In this document: one piece after another, positions 28,012 through 37,727 of the stretch
Layout of the letters: each line of letters starts with the position of its first letter
How positions within the stretch are numbered: the first letter of the stretch is position 1
Virus record (IMG/VR): IMGVR_UViG_3300032224_000443
Location: 1-57,457 of that record
DNA: 57,457 nucleotides
Source: a virus
Taxonomy: Duplodnaviria > Caudoviricetes
Reading direction: 5' to 3' (one strand)
The notes under the pieces: model-generated
Told to the model about the DNA's origin: nothing
Seen by the model: the letters and a program-made list of their open reading frames with translations, nothing else
Databases searched by the model: none
Position numbers and translations under genes: made by a program

Positions 28012-29781
28012 ATGGTTTATAATAGAAAAGATTTAGCTGTACAAGTAGGCCTTACGCAAAATAAAGGCTATACTATGAAAGAAATTTCAAATTTGGAAGC
28101 AAGAATTAAAAATATTGAATATTATACTGTTTTAAATATGCTCGCTTTAGATACTAAAACAACAACGGTAAAAAACGATGCTGGATTTGAACGTTTTAAA
28201 AATGGCATTTTTGCTGATCCTTTTAATGACGATAGTATAGCAAGAACTAATGATGTTGAATTTAATATGGCTATTAGTGCTAAAAAATCTATAGCAAGAC
28301 CAAATTATAATGAAGCGTTCGTTCAATTTAATATAGATTCTAATACTACTACTGGAGTTAAAATAAAAGGCGGTTATGCTTTATTAAATTATACTAATGA
28401 AAATATTGGCGGTAATCCTAATGCTTCAATTTATAGAAATTGTGCAGAAACATTTTTTAGTTTTAAAGGTGTTGTAAGTTTATATCCTAATTTTGATAAT
28501 TCTAATCAAAATAAAAATGCAGTCCCACAAACTATTGTTGTTGATATTGCAAGTGCATTTCAAGATCAAGCAAAAACAGGCGCATTTAAAAATATCGACG
28601 CTGTTGAAACTGGAGCCAAAACATTAGTAAGTAAAATTGGTGCAACTAATTATTGGCAACAAACACAAACACAAACCGTAACTGATATTGCAGTTACATC
28701 AACACCAGCAACGCAAGATCTTGGTGATTTTGTTAAAGATGTTTCTTTACTTCCATATATGGTTTCTAGACCTATTGCTTTTGTTGGAAATGGATTAAAA
28801 CCAAATACAATAATATATCCATTTTTTGATAAAAAACTAGTTAGTCAATATTGTGCTCCAGCTACTATGGACACCACTTTTGTTTTAAATGGTCCTAATG
28901 ATCCTAGTAAAATAGCAAAACAATCTGGTAATTTAGGAGATGTATTAAAAACTAATTCTTTAGGAAATGTAGTAGGTATATTTTTCTTACCAGCAAATAC
29001 ATTTAGAGCTGGAGAAAGAGTATTTACTCTTATTGATACTCAAAATATAGATGCTGTAGATGCTATATTAACAAGTGCGGAAGGAAGATATACTTCATCA
29101 AGTCTTTCAACAACAAAACAAAATTTAAAATTTGAAGTAGATGAGCCGACATTTACTCCAACAACTGTTACAAATAAACTTCCTCCTTTAGCATGGACAA
29201 CTACAGATCCACCACCACCTCCGCCTCCATCAGATGCTACTGGAGGAACTGGTGGTTGTTGTTTTGATCCTAATGCTTTAGTATCAATGTCTGATGGTAG
29301 TTATAAGAAAATTTGTGAAATTCAAATTAATGATATTGTTATTGATGGATCTAATGGAATTAACGTCGTTACTGGAATTGAAACTCCTAAATTATTAGAT
29401 CGTTATATGGTTTCATTTAACAATAATTGGGCGTTTATATCAGAAGAACATCCTATTATGACATCAGAAGGTTGGGGTGCTTTTGAACCTGAAAGTAGAC
29501 ATGTTGATGAGATATTCGTTGGCAAATTAGTCAAAATTGATATTGGATCTAAAATTCTCAAATCAGATGGAACATATGAAACAATAGAAACAATTAACTA
29601 CAAAACTATGCCAGAAGATTATATCATATATAATTTACTACTAGATGGCGATCATATGTATCATGTTGAAGGTTATGTTGTACATAATAAAGGCAACGAT
29701 ACTGGTGGCGGAACTACTACAGGATCTATGCATCCAGATAGCTATGGAAATTATAATACACAAAGTCATGGCGGTGTATAA
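28012..29781 (+). CDS. VrlC/DUF4815-type protein, middle part, ending in a Hint (intein-like) domain
   Basis: GYTMKEI..LE.RI.NIEYYT.L..L, RFKNGIFAD.F, PYM.SR.I.F...GLKPNT..Y.FFD, F..GER.F; poly-Pro linker then Hint. Confidence 0.8.
   Translation: MVYNRKDLAVQVGLTQNKGYTMKEISNLEARIKNIEYYTVLNMLALDTKTTTVKNDAGFERFKNGIFADPFNDDSIARTNDVEFNMAISAKKSIARPNYNEAFVQFNIDSNTTTGVKIKGGYALLNYTNENIGGNPNASIYRNCAETFFSFKGVVSLYPNFDNSNQNKNAVPQTIVVDIASAFQDQAKTGAFKNIDAVETGAKTLVSKIGATNYWQQTQTQTVTDIAVTSTPATQDLGDFVKDVSLLPYMVSRPIAFVGNGLKPNTIIYPFFDKKLVSQYCAPATMDTTFVLNGPNDPSKIAKQSGNLGDVLKTNSLGNVVGIFFLPANTFRAGERVFTLIDTQNIDAVDAILTSAEGRYTSSSLSTTKQNLKFEVDEPTFTPTTVTNKLPPLAWTTTDPPPPPPPSDATGGTGGCCFDPNALVSMSDGSYKKICEIQINDIVIDGSNGINVVTGIETPKLLDRYMVSFNNNWAFISEEHPIMTSEGWGAFEPESRHVDEIFVGKLVKIDIGSKILKSDGTYETIETINYKTMPEDYIIYNLLLDGDHMYHVEGYVVHNKGNDTGGGTTTGSMHPDSYGNYNTQSHGGV
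29260..29688 (+). other. Hint / intein-like autoprocessing domain (143 aa, no endonuclease)
   Basis: Starts CFDPNALVSMSDGSYKKI.EI..ND.V, block-B-like ISEEHPI, ends YNL..DGDH.YHVEGYVVHN followed by Lys. Confidence 0.85.
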
Positions 29782-29818
29782 TTTTACTATACAATAATAC
29801 AGAAAGAAAATTCACAAA

Positions 29819-31522
29819 ATGATGATAGATGGTAATCCAATAGCACAAAGTTTTACAGTATCGGGCACTGCTTCTGCAGGATTGCCGGGAATATTCTTAA
29901 CTCAACTTGGTGTGTTTTTTAAAAAGAAAAGTTCATCTGCTAGTATCTACTGTGCTGTTGTAGAAATGAATAATGGCGTTCCTGATCCAGGTAAAAGAAT
30001 TGGTTCAGCTGCATTGTCACCACAATATGTTACTATTAGTGAAGATGCTTCTTCAGAAACTATTTTTGAATTTGATAAACCATTAATGTTAACTGCCGAT
30101 AAAGAATATGCATTTTATTTGTATCCAGCAAGTAACAGTACTGATTATGAAATGTGGGTTTCAGAAATAGGTGGTAAAGATACATTAACTGGAAATTCAA
30201 TTACCCAACAACCATATCCTGGCGCTCTTTTTGTATCTTCAAATGGAAGTACATGGAATCCTATTTTAACTCAAGACATTAAATTTAATCTTTATAGAGC
30301 AAAATTTACATCATCTGGCGGAACATTAGCTTTAAGAAATAAACCAGACGAATATTTTTCTTTAGATTTATCTGTAGCATCTGGTGGTATTCAGAAAAAA
30401 ACAACCGGTACACAAATTCAAGTTGGCGATATTGTATATGCTGCTAATGCTACCAGTTTAACTTCTATTTTAACTACTAATAATACATTATATCCTTTAG
30501 GTTATGTTAAATCAGTAGACGAAGTTTCCGGTATTTTATTTTTAGAAAATTCTAACGGTAAATTTACAAATAACAGTTCAACTCCAAATTACAGCAATAT
30601 TAGAATTTATAGAACTCCAGATCCTGCTAATACATCATATATTACTGAAACTTATAGAATTGCTAATGCTATTATATCGACAATAGACGATTTAAAATAT
30701 AATGCTTTTGTTCCTAAATTTTCTATATCAGAACCTACTGGAACATATGTTACAACAGAATATACTGGAACTAGCAATACCACTTATACTGTACCAAATG
30801 CTAAAGATACAGTAGCTGCAATTCCTTTAAATGAAACTCTTTATGAAAATAGAGACTATGAAAGAGTTGTAAGAAGTTATTCTAATGAAGTTGCTGCTGG
30901 TACATATGGTACTACAGGAACTGCTACTTACAATATTAAAATGACAACATATAGTCCATATGTTTCTCCAATTATTAATTTAAAAGCAAGATCTTTTAAT
31001 TATATTCAAAATGTTATTAATAACGATGATTATAATGAATGGACAAGATATGGTAACGCAAAAACCAAATATATATCTAAAACAGTTGTTTTAAATACTC
31101 CTGCAGAAGATTTAATTGTATATATTACTGCTTATAAACCAGCCGGAACTAATATTAAAGCATATGCTAAATTCTTTAATGCTGATACAGATCCAGGAAC
31201 ATTCGATACAAAAGTATGGACTGAATTATCATATTTAAATAACGGAAACAATCTTTATTGTTCACCTAATAATATAAATGATTTAAAAGAATTTTCTTTT
31301 AGTCCTCCAAAATCAGCAGCTCGTCCTTCTGGTAATACAACATTATCAGCATATTCAGATACCACAAGTACTCCATATGCAAATTTATTAACATATTATG
31401 ATGAAAATAATGTTATACATAAAAAATTTAATATGTTTTCTATAAAACTTGTTATGTTGGCAACTGATGGTGCAAAATATCCAATAATGGCTGATGTTCG
31501 TGCTATAGCATTATTATTATGA
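29819..31522 (+). CDS. VrlC/DUF4815-type protein, C-terminal part
   Basis: NPIAQSF.V...GIFLT....FF.KK, T.F.F..P..L....EYA, QPY.G.LF.S.NGSTW.....QD.KF.LYRA.F, KYISK.V.L...AEDL.V, F..F.IK.VM, P...D.RAIAL. Confidence 0.82.
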   Translation: MMIDGNPIAQSFTVSGTASAGLPGIFLTQLGVFFKKKSSSASIYCAVVEMNNGVPDPGKRIGSAALSPQYVTISEDASSETIFEFDKPLMLTADKEYAFYLYPASNSTDYEMWVSEIGGKDTLTGNSITQQPYPGALFVSSNGSTWNPILTQDIKFNLYRAKFTSSGGTLALRNKPDEYFSLDLSVASGGIQKKTTGTQIQVGDIVYAANATSLTSILTTNNTLYPLGYVKSVDEVSGILFLENSNGKFTNNSSTPNYSNIRIYRTPDPANTSYITETYRIANAIISTIDDLKYNAFVPKFSISEPTGTYVTTEYTGTSNTTYTVPNAKDTVAAIPLNETLYENRDYERVVRSYSNEVAAGTYGTTGTATYNIKMTTYSPYVSPIINLKARSFNYIQNVINNDDYNEWTRYGNAKTKYISKTVVLNTPAEDLIVYITAYKPAGTNIKAYAKFFNADTDPGTFDTKVWTELSYLNNGNNLYCSPNNINDLKEFSFSPPKSAARPSGNTTLSAYSDTTSTPYANLLTYYDENNVIHKKFNMFSIKLVMLATDGAKYPIMADVRAIALLL

Positions 31523-31531
31523 GTATAATTT

Positions 31532-31768
31532 ATGAAAAATGATATATTAAAAGATGAATATGTGATACAAAAAGATAATCCTGGTGCTTTAGTAAATAAA
31601 GATGTATACGGTTTACAAGAATATGAAGAAAAAAGAAAAGCATTTTATGAAACTAAAGAAAAATTAAATGAAGTAGAATTAATAAAAAACGATGTTGATT
31701 CTATAAAAAATGATTTGAGTGAATTAAAAAATTTATTATTGAAAGTTTTAGAAAATGGTGGAAAATAA
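31532..31768 (+). CDS. Small coiled-coil virion-module protein
   Basis: KD..GALVN.D...L.EY..KR... followed by heptad repeat EVELIKNDVDSIKNDLSELKNLLLKVL. Confidence 0.7.
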   Translation: MKNDILKDEYVIQKDNPGALVNKDVYGLQEYEEKRKAFYETKEKLNEVELIKNDVDSIKNDLSELKNLLLKVLENGGK

Positions 31769-32633
31769 AATAGAGGCGATTAGTCAAAATTTATTTGGTG
31801 TACCAATTTGGAAAATGCAGTTCAAACACCATGAAGTATTAAAACCTCAATGGTTAGAATATATGTCTAATAAAGAAAATTTTAGAAATCATACTATGAA
31901 TTCTAGATTATATTTTACAAGCGCAGAATTACATAAAGAACCTGTTTTTGAACCATTAAAAGATTTTTTTCAACAAAGTTTAGAATATGTAATGGATGAT
32001 TTAGGTTATTTGCCTAATATCGGAATGACGGGTATGTGGGGAACAGTCCATCCAGAAGGTGGATATCATCATAAACATACTCATCATAATTCATTTTTAG
32101 CTGGTGTATATTATCTCGATGGTAATGAAAAATCATCCGGAACTACATTTTTCGCTCACGATCATTATCAACATATAATTGCTCCTGCTATTAATAAAAA
32201 TAAAAAATTTAAAATGAGTTTAGAATATACACATTCTTTTGAAGAAGGCTCTTTAATTATATTTCCTGCATGGTTACATCATTCAACATCATCTAATAAT
32301 TTCAAACACACTAAAAAATATAGAAAAATAATATCGTTTAATTCTATGCCTATAGGAATGACTAATACAGATCCTTTTGATAGATACAATTATCAAGATG
32401 TATCAGATAAATCTCTTACTAAGAACAACTCAGAATTATACAATTATGACGAAAATAAACATGTTATGAATTTAGATAATTTTGAATATTTTAAACAAAA
32501 TAATGAATCAGAAGTTATTATTGAAAAACAAACGCCGATAAATGAAATAAATACATTGAAAGCAGAAGTTGGTTCGTTAAAAACTGAACTAACGGAATTA
32601 AAAGATCTATTAGTAAAAGCATTAGGAAAATAA
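31755..32633 (+). CDS. 2OG-Fe(II) oxygenase (TIGR02466-like) with C-terminal coiled coil
   Basis: LFGVPIW, MW......GGYH..H.H.NS.LAGVYY, EG.LIIFP.WL.H, R.IISFN. Confidence 0.85.
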   Translation: MVENKIEAISQNLFGVPIWKMQFKHHEVLKPQWLEYMSNKENFRNHTMNSRLYFTSAELHKEPVFEPLKDFFQQSLEYVMDDLGYLPNIGMTGMWGTVHPEGGYHHKHTHHNSFLAGVYYLDGNEKSSGTTFFAHDHYQHIIAPAINKNKKFKMSLEYTHSFEEGSLIIFPAWLHHSTSSNNFKHTKKYRKIISFNSMPIGMTNTDPFDRYNYQDVSDKSLTKNNSELYNYDENKHVMNLDNFEYFKQNNESEVIIEKQTPINEINTLKAEVGSLKTELTELKDLLVKALGK

Positions 32634-34442
32634 ATGACCGCTTCAATCGCCAACGTAGCACAAGCAACAGATTCTTTTGGACAATGGTTAGCTAAAACTA
32701 ATCAATTGATTACTGTGATATCAAATACAGCAGTTACGACCAATTCGAACACTGCCGTTGGCAATGCAGCTATCACCGGAACATTTAGTTCTTCAGGATT
32801 AGCAGTTTCAAATGTTGGAACAATTATAGTAGGTACTGGAAATTCTAATACTATTATTGGAAACAATTTTTTACTTATTCAATCTTCTTCAACAGTAAAT
32901 GCCGTAATTACAAGCACCGGATTAATTGTTAGTTCTACAGCATATTATACTGATACAGTAATGACAATGGGTAATACTGTTGTTAGAGGAGCCAATGTTA
33001 CAGCCGATAATTTTGTATTAAAGAATGGATTGAGATTAGGTAACACATATCTTTCTACGATGCAAGCAAACACAAATAACATTTATGCCGCTAATACTCT
33101 TTGGGTAGGCGATGTAGAAGCGAATGTTTATATTGATAGAAATGGTTTGCAGATACTTAGAAATCCTACTGCTACATCTGGTTTTGCTAATGCAAAGATG
33201 ACTAATGATACACTATGGATTAAAAATATTAGCGCTAATACATTAACAGTAGGATCTATAACATATACTGCTGCTAATACAATGACATTTCCTGGAAATA
33301 CATGGTTTCAAGGACAAAACAATTACTTCACTTATGGATTGACATCTAACGCAAATATAAAAGTTATTAATGGTGATTTATCAATGCTCAGTGGTAATAT
33401 TGGCATTGGTATTGCTTCTCCTGCTAGAAGACTTGATATTGAACATTCCGGAACTGATTTTCAAATGAGAATTGGTGATGCTGGAGGATATTATTATGAT
33501 ATTGGACGTCAAGTAGCTGATGGATATTTACATTTTTATGGTAACCAATCGGGTGCAACTGGATATGTATTTGAAGGTGTAGATGGAACATTTGCTCGTA
33601 TTAATACTTTGGGTAGAATGGGCATAGGATCAACTGCTGGTCAATTGGGTACAACTACTGCAACTCTTCAGGTTAAAGCCAGAACTACCAATAGTGATGG
33701 TAGAATTGAAATTGCAAAATATATTGGAGATGCAGGATCTCCTACAGAAAGTAATGATTGGCCAACACCTGCATTAACTATTCGCGGTTATGGAGATTAT
33801 ACAAAAGAATCTATGTTATCTTTTGGTTATTCAAATGATGATTTATATAAAACAGATAACTCAGTTTGGAATTTCCGTCTTGACGGAGTAGCATCAGCTA
33901 AAACATCTACCAGTTCTACAAATCTTGAACTTATAGGTCCTGGTACATTACGTCTTGGAGCTGGCGGTTCTTCGCGTATTGATATTAATTCTTCAGGAAC
34001 CTATCTTTCCGGTTCGGCTACAATAACAGGAAGTTCTACAATACAAAGTTATTTGATGGTTGGTCCATCTATTACAGGAACACCAGCAACAGGTGAAATT
34101 TGGGCTAAAGGTAATGTTATTGCTTATCAATCATCAGATGAAAGACTCAAAGAAAATATTACCAACATTCCCGATGCTTTATCAAAAGTTATGTCACTTA
34201 ATGGTGTAACATTCGATTGGAAAAACGAAGTTATTGAGTCTCAAGGCGATGTTGATAACATGTTCATTCGTAAGAATGATGTTGGTGTTATTGCACAAGA
34301 CATTGAAAAAATATTGCCACAAATTGTTACTGAACGTGATGACGGATATAAAGCAGTCAAGTACGATAGAATTGTTGCACTTCTAATTGAAGCAATTAAA
34401 GAACTCAAAGCAGAAGTAGATAGTTTAAAAAATGGCAATTAA
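32634..34442 (+). CDS. Tail fibre/spike with Peptidase_S74 intramolecular chaperone
   Basis: N-terminal DSF.QW..KTN anchor, GNIGIG..SP..LDI repeat, C-terminal SSDERLKENI..I..AL..V..L.GV.F.W ... GVIAQD.E..LP..V ... V.Y......LIEAIKEL. Confidence 0.9.
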   Translation: MTASIANVAQATDSFGQWLAKTNQLITVISNTAVTTNSNTAVGNAAITGTFSSSGLAVSNVGTIIVGTGNSNTIIGNNFLLIQSSSTVNAVITSTGLIVSSTAYYTDTVMTMGNTVVRGANVTADNFVLKNGLRLGNTYLSTMQANTNNIYAANTLWVGDVEANVYIDRNGLQILRNPTATSGFANAKMTNDTLWIKNISANTLTVGSITYTAANTMTFPGNTWFQGQNNYFTYGLTSNANIKVINGDLSMLSGNIGIGIASPARRLDIEHSGTDFQMRIGDAGGYYYDIGRQVADGYLHFYGNQSGATGYVFEGVDGTFARINTLGRMGIGSTAGQLGTTTATLQVKARTTNSDGRIEIAKYIGDAGSPTESNDWPTPALTIRGYGDYTKESMLSFGYSNDDLYKTDNSVWNFRLDGVASAKTSTSSTNLELIGPGTLRLGAGGSSRIDINSSGTYLSGSATITGSSTIQSYLMVGPSITGTPATGEIWAKGNVIAYQSSDERLKENITNIPDALSKVMSLNGVTFDWKNEVIESQGDVDNMFIRKNDVGVIAQDIEKILPQIVTERDDGYKAVKYDRIVALLIEAIKELKAEVDSLKNGN

Positions 34443-34758
34443 AACAAATTTAACAGTAGATCAAGGTGCTAACTTTGCCTACAATGTATATCTTGTAGAC
34501 GTTGATGGTAATGCTTTCAATCTCACAGGATACAGTGCTAACGCACAAATAAGAAAAACATATACATCAACATCTTATAATACTATGAATGTCACAATAA
34601 CTCCCAATACGGGTCTTGTTACACTAACAATGAACTCAGTGATTACTGCAAATCTTTCTTCTACAAGATATGTTTATGATCTAGAACTATATTCTGCAAA
34701 CGTTACATCAAGAATACTAGAAGGTTTTGTCACAGTTAATCTTGGAGTTACACGTTAA
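34432..34758 (+). CDS. Small virion structural protein (Ig-like, common in T4-like phages)
   Basis: NL.VDQGA.F ... NLTGY.A.AQIRK.Y.S ... G.VTL ... RYVYD.E ... R.LEG...V...VTR. Confidence 0.75.
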   Translation: MAIKTNLTVDQGANFAYNVYLVDVDGNAFNLTGYSANAQIRKTYTSTSYNTMNVTITPNTGLVTLTMNSVITANLSSTRYVYDLELYSANVTSRILEGFVTVNLGVTR

Positions 34759-34961
34759 TGCGTGATAGCAAAATAACTGTAACAAAATTTAATAATATAT
34801 TAATAACAGCCGGCAGATACGCACCTTTGCAGACAACTGTTATTGTTAAATTAAACAATCAGACTATAGAGCCTATATCTCTTCTTAAACAGGAAGCAAC
34901 TGATATGTTGGGAACTTTACCCACTGTTCCTAGAGATTCTCCAACTGTTCCGTTTTACTGA
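34758..34961 (+). CDS. Hypothetical protein
   Basis: 67-aa ORF coupled by TAATG; its 3' end overlaps the convergent glycosyltransferase stop. Confidence 0.5.
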   Translation: MRDSKITVTKFNNILITAGRYAPLQTTVIVKLNNQTIEPISLLKQEATDMLGTLPTVPRDSPTVPFY

Positions 34962-37669
34962 ACTTTAAATACATAAGATCCAGTATGATCGCAGAGTATA
35001 GAAGTATCTGCGTATAATTCAAATCCTTTTTCTTTGGCTCTTAAAGCAAAATATAAATCTTCGGAGAATGTGTTATTGTGATCTATTGCTGATTTGTAAG
35101 CAAATTGTGGATAACCAATATCCGTCATAACTTGTTTTTTAACAAGTACACAACCAAAACCACAAGCACCAACTCTTACGAGTCCTTGTCCTCTTATCTT
35201 TTCCCAATCAATATGAGAATAGCCACCACGATCATTCTCTTCAAATATTTCTAATGTTTGTCTATCAGCATTACGTTGTCTATAAATTCCAGATACAACG
35301 TCTTTATCGTGTGAAAGTAATTTGTATAAAGTGTCTGGTGCAAATGATATATCTGAGTCGACAGCAAAAAGATAATCATATCCTTTAACAACCCAATCAG
35401 CAATTAAATTGCGAACTTGATCAACTTGATATCCATAAAAGTATTGAAAATCTGCTTCATATTCGTCTGGAATAATAAGATCGTATATTGATTTAAATGT
35501 AGTTGCTTCAATGTTTTTGGCTGTCGGTATTGCTATCAGAATCTTTTTTTTTGACATTGTATTTTTTACTACCACTTCTTGTGTTGGAACTACTTCTACT
35601 TTATTATTACCAGTAATCTTATTTGCATTTTTGTTTTGTAGTTCTCCATGAACTTTATAATCGTTCAATGGATTTTTATCATTATAAAGCATAACAATGT
35701 CCTGAACAACTTTAATCTTGTTAGGATCTGCTTGTTCAATTATGTTATAGAATGTTGCATTATCACCACCTGCCTTAAACCATTCACCATTTTCATCTTT
35801 AAATACTGAATCGTCTATATTATTCAGCAATTTTCTACGGAATGTTCTTAAGTGAGGATAAGGCATTCCCCAATTAAATTTATGATTACGATAATTTTTT
35901 GCTTCTCTTACTGCCTTAGGATAAGGTTGAGCAATAAGTGGAATATTGTCTACTTCAGACCAACAGCTACCATATGAATAATCAGTTGTTCCATCTGCAT
36001 AGAGGTTATTATAGAAGTTAAAGATATTGTTATCGTTTACTAATGCATCATCACCATCAAGAAGCATCACAATAGTATTTTGGACAAATACATTGTTTCT
36101 AATCGTGTATATTTGATTATACACAGCACCTTTATTTTTTTCATTGGTAATGACAGTGATCTTGGATCTGATATTCTCCGGCAATGTCTTTAATTTATGA
36201 TTGATTGCAAACTTAGAACCGTCAGTGCTTGCATCGTTTATGATATACATCGTCCAGTTGCTATAATTTTGAGTTGCAACAGAATCGATACATCTAAGAA
36301 TATATTGTTCAGCATTATAGAATGGTGTAATTACAGCAATGTGTTGTTCTGTATTTTGTGTAATGGTATTCCATTCTTCATTATTACTAAACCTACGACC
36401 AAATACTTTATGTACTCTGTCATTGATATAAGATACTTTACGATATTCATTTGCAGGAAGATAATAATTTAATTCTTTAAAGAAATGTTGTTTCCATTGC
36501 AGAGCAACAGTATCCCAAGTAGATATATCTTTAATTATATTACAGTAATACTGTTTTTGTTGATGTAAATATGGATTAAAATAAGCATTGAGAATTAATC
36601 CAGCAAAACGTTCACACTGTTCGTCAATGTTAATATCTCTGAATAAACTATTAGGTTCAATAGCGTAGTCAATAAAATACGATGCGTTACCTATGGCAGT
36701 TTCTTCTAATGCACCAAAACGTGTTGCTACGAGCGGTGTATTATATGTGAGAGATTCTAATGTAGAAATGCCAAACGTTTCTGGAAATGCTCCAGGATAA
36801 AGAAACATAGATGCTTTAGAAAGTATTTCGGCAATTTCTTTTTGTGAAATAATACCAGTAAATTCAATATCAAGAACTTTATATCTCTCATCTTGAATTA
36901 ACTTTTGATGAGTTTCACCTTGTGCATCAAGAGGACCGTCAGAACGAAAACGATAATATCCACCAATTACTTTTAACTTTGCTTGCGGAACAGCAAGTTT
37001 AATTTTAGGCCAAATACGATCAATTAATGGAAGCATTCCTTTAGTAACAGAAGCGTTGTATACAAAAAGATTAGGATCTTTTTGTGAAATATCTACTTCA
37101 TCAAAATAACGAACAACACCATTTCTTGTTTGGAATATTTTATTTTTAAGAACTTCAAAATTACGTCTTTTACCATGATCACAATTACTAACATAAGATG
37201 TATGAAAGTCAGATAATGTAAAAATTTTATCGATATGACCGTTAACAGCAAGATCTTCTAAATTTATATCACCATTGCAGAACGTGTCGTGCATCCAAAG
37301 AACTTTATGTTTTGCTTTGTTGCGAATATTTTGAAACATAAAACAAGGATATGCAGTTGCTCTGTTATATGCTTCATAATAGTTGTTGGGAACAAAAGGA
37401 ACAACAGTTCTTGATGAAATAACTATATCAAATACATCATTATTAGTGATGCTATGCACTGGTCTGTAAGTTACACCGTCATAAATACCCGGACGACTAT
37501 CTTCATCTTCACAAGCATTAAAAACAGTAACGGGGAATCCTAATTTGGCTAATTCTTTAGAAATAAGAATAACAGCAGATTCGGATCCACCGAGTCCTCG
37601 TTTTGACAAAGTATCGCCGTCATACACTAGACCAATTAGATCTAAAATAGCAATTGATGGGTAATTCAT
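34955..37669 (-). CDS. Three-domain glycosyltransferase (GT4-like GT-B plus two GT2-like GT-A domains)
   Basis: Domain 1: GGSE...WMHD...LSDFH...ETFGISTLES...GALEET. Domain 2: ITPFYNAE.YI..CIDSV..Q.Y.....INDASTD...LDGDD. Domain 3: ILIAIPT...RN...YLFAVDSD...G.GCVLVK...EDLYF...CDH. ATG 37669 is preceded by GAGG and preferred over GTG 37681. Confidence 0.9.
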   Translation of the reverse strand: MNYPSIAILDLIGLVYDGDTLSKRGLGGSESAVILISKELAKLGFPVTVFNACEDEDSRPGIYDGVTYRPVHSITNNDVFDIVISSRTVVPFVPNNYYEAYNRATAYPCFMFQNIRNKAKHKVLWMHDTFCNGDINLEDLAVNGHIDKIFTLSDFHTSYVSNCDHGKRRNFEVLKNKIFQTRNGVVRYFDEVDISQKDPNLFVYNASVTKGMLPLIDRIWPKIKLAVPQAKLKVIGGYYRFRSDGPLDAQGETHQKLIQDERYKVLDIEFTGIISQKEIAEILSKASMFLYPGAFPETFGISTLESLTYNTPLVATRFGALEETAIGNASYFIDYAIEPNSLFRDINIDEQCERFAGLILNAYFNPYLHQQKQYYCNIIKDISTWDTVALQWKQHFFKELNYYLPANEYRKVSYINDRVHKVFGRRFSNNEEWNTITQNTEQHIAVITPFYNAEQYILRCIDSVATQNYSNWTMYIINDASTDGSKFAINHKLKTLPENIRSKITVITNEKNKGAVYNQIYTIRNNVFVQNTIVMLLDGDDALVNDNNIFNFYNNLYADGTTDYSYGSCWSEVDNIPLIAQPYPKAVREAKNYRNHKFNWGMPYPHLRTFRRKLLNNIDDSVFKDENGEWFKAGGDNATFYNIIEQADPNKIKVVQDIVMLYNDKNPLNDYKVHGELQNKNANKITGNNKVEVVPTQEVVVKNTMSKKKILIAIPTAKNIEATTFKSIYDLIIPDEYEADFQYFYGYQVDQVRNLIADWVVKGYDYLFAVDSDISFAPDTLYKLLSHDKDVVSGIYRQRNADRQTLEIFEENDRGGYSHIDWEKIRGQGLVRVGACGFGCVLVKKQVMTDIGYPQFAYKSAIDHNNTFSEDLYFALRAKEKGFELYADTSILCDHTGSYVFKVQ

Positions 37670-37686
37670 AACAAACCTCACGTAGA

Positions 37687-37717
37687 CATAAATATGTAGG
37701 AATTAATATTATTTATA
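37687..37717. promoter_or_regulatory. Crossing late promoters for the glycosyltransferase (-) and the collagen-like fibre (+)
   Basis: TATTTATA at 37710-37717 (perfect TATAAATA on -) and CATAAATA at 37687-37694 on + (one mismatch). Confidence 0.7.
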
Positions 37718-37727
37718 TAGGCATTAA

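Noticed and set aside
29260-29688. Mobile canonical intein
   Set aside because: No homing endonuclease, and the +1 residue is Lys rather than Cys/Ser/Thr, so it is reported as a non-canonical Hint domain instead.
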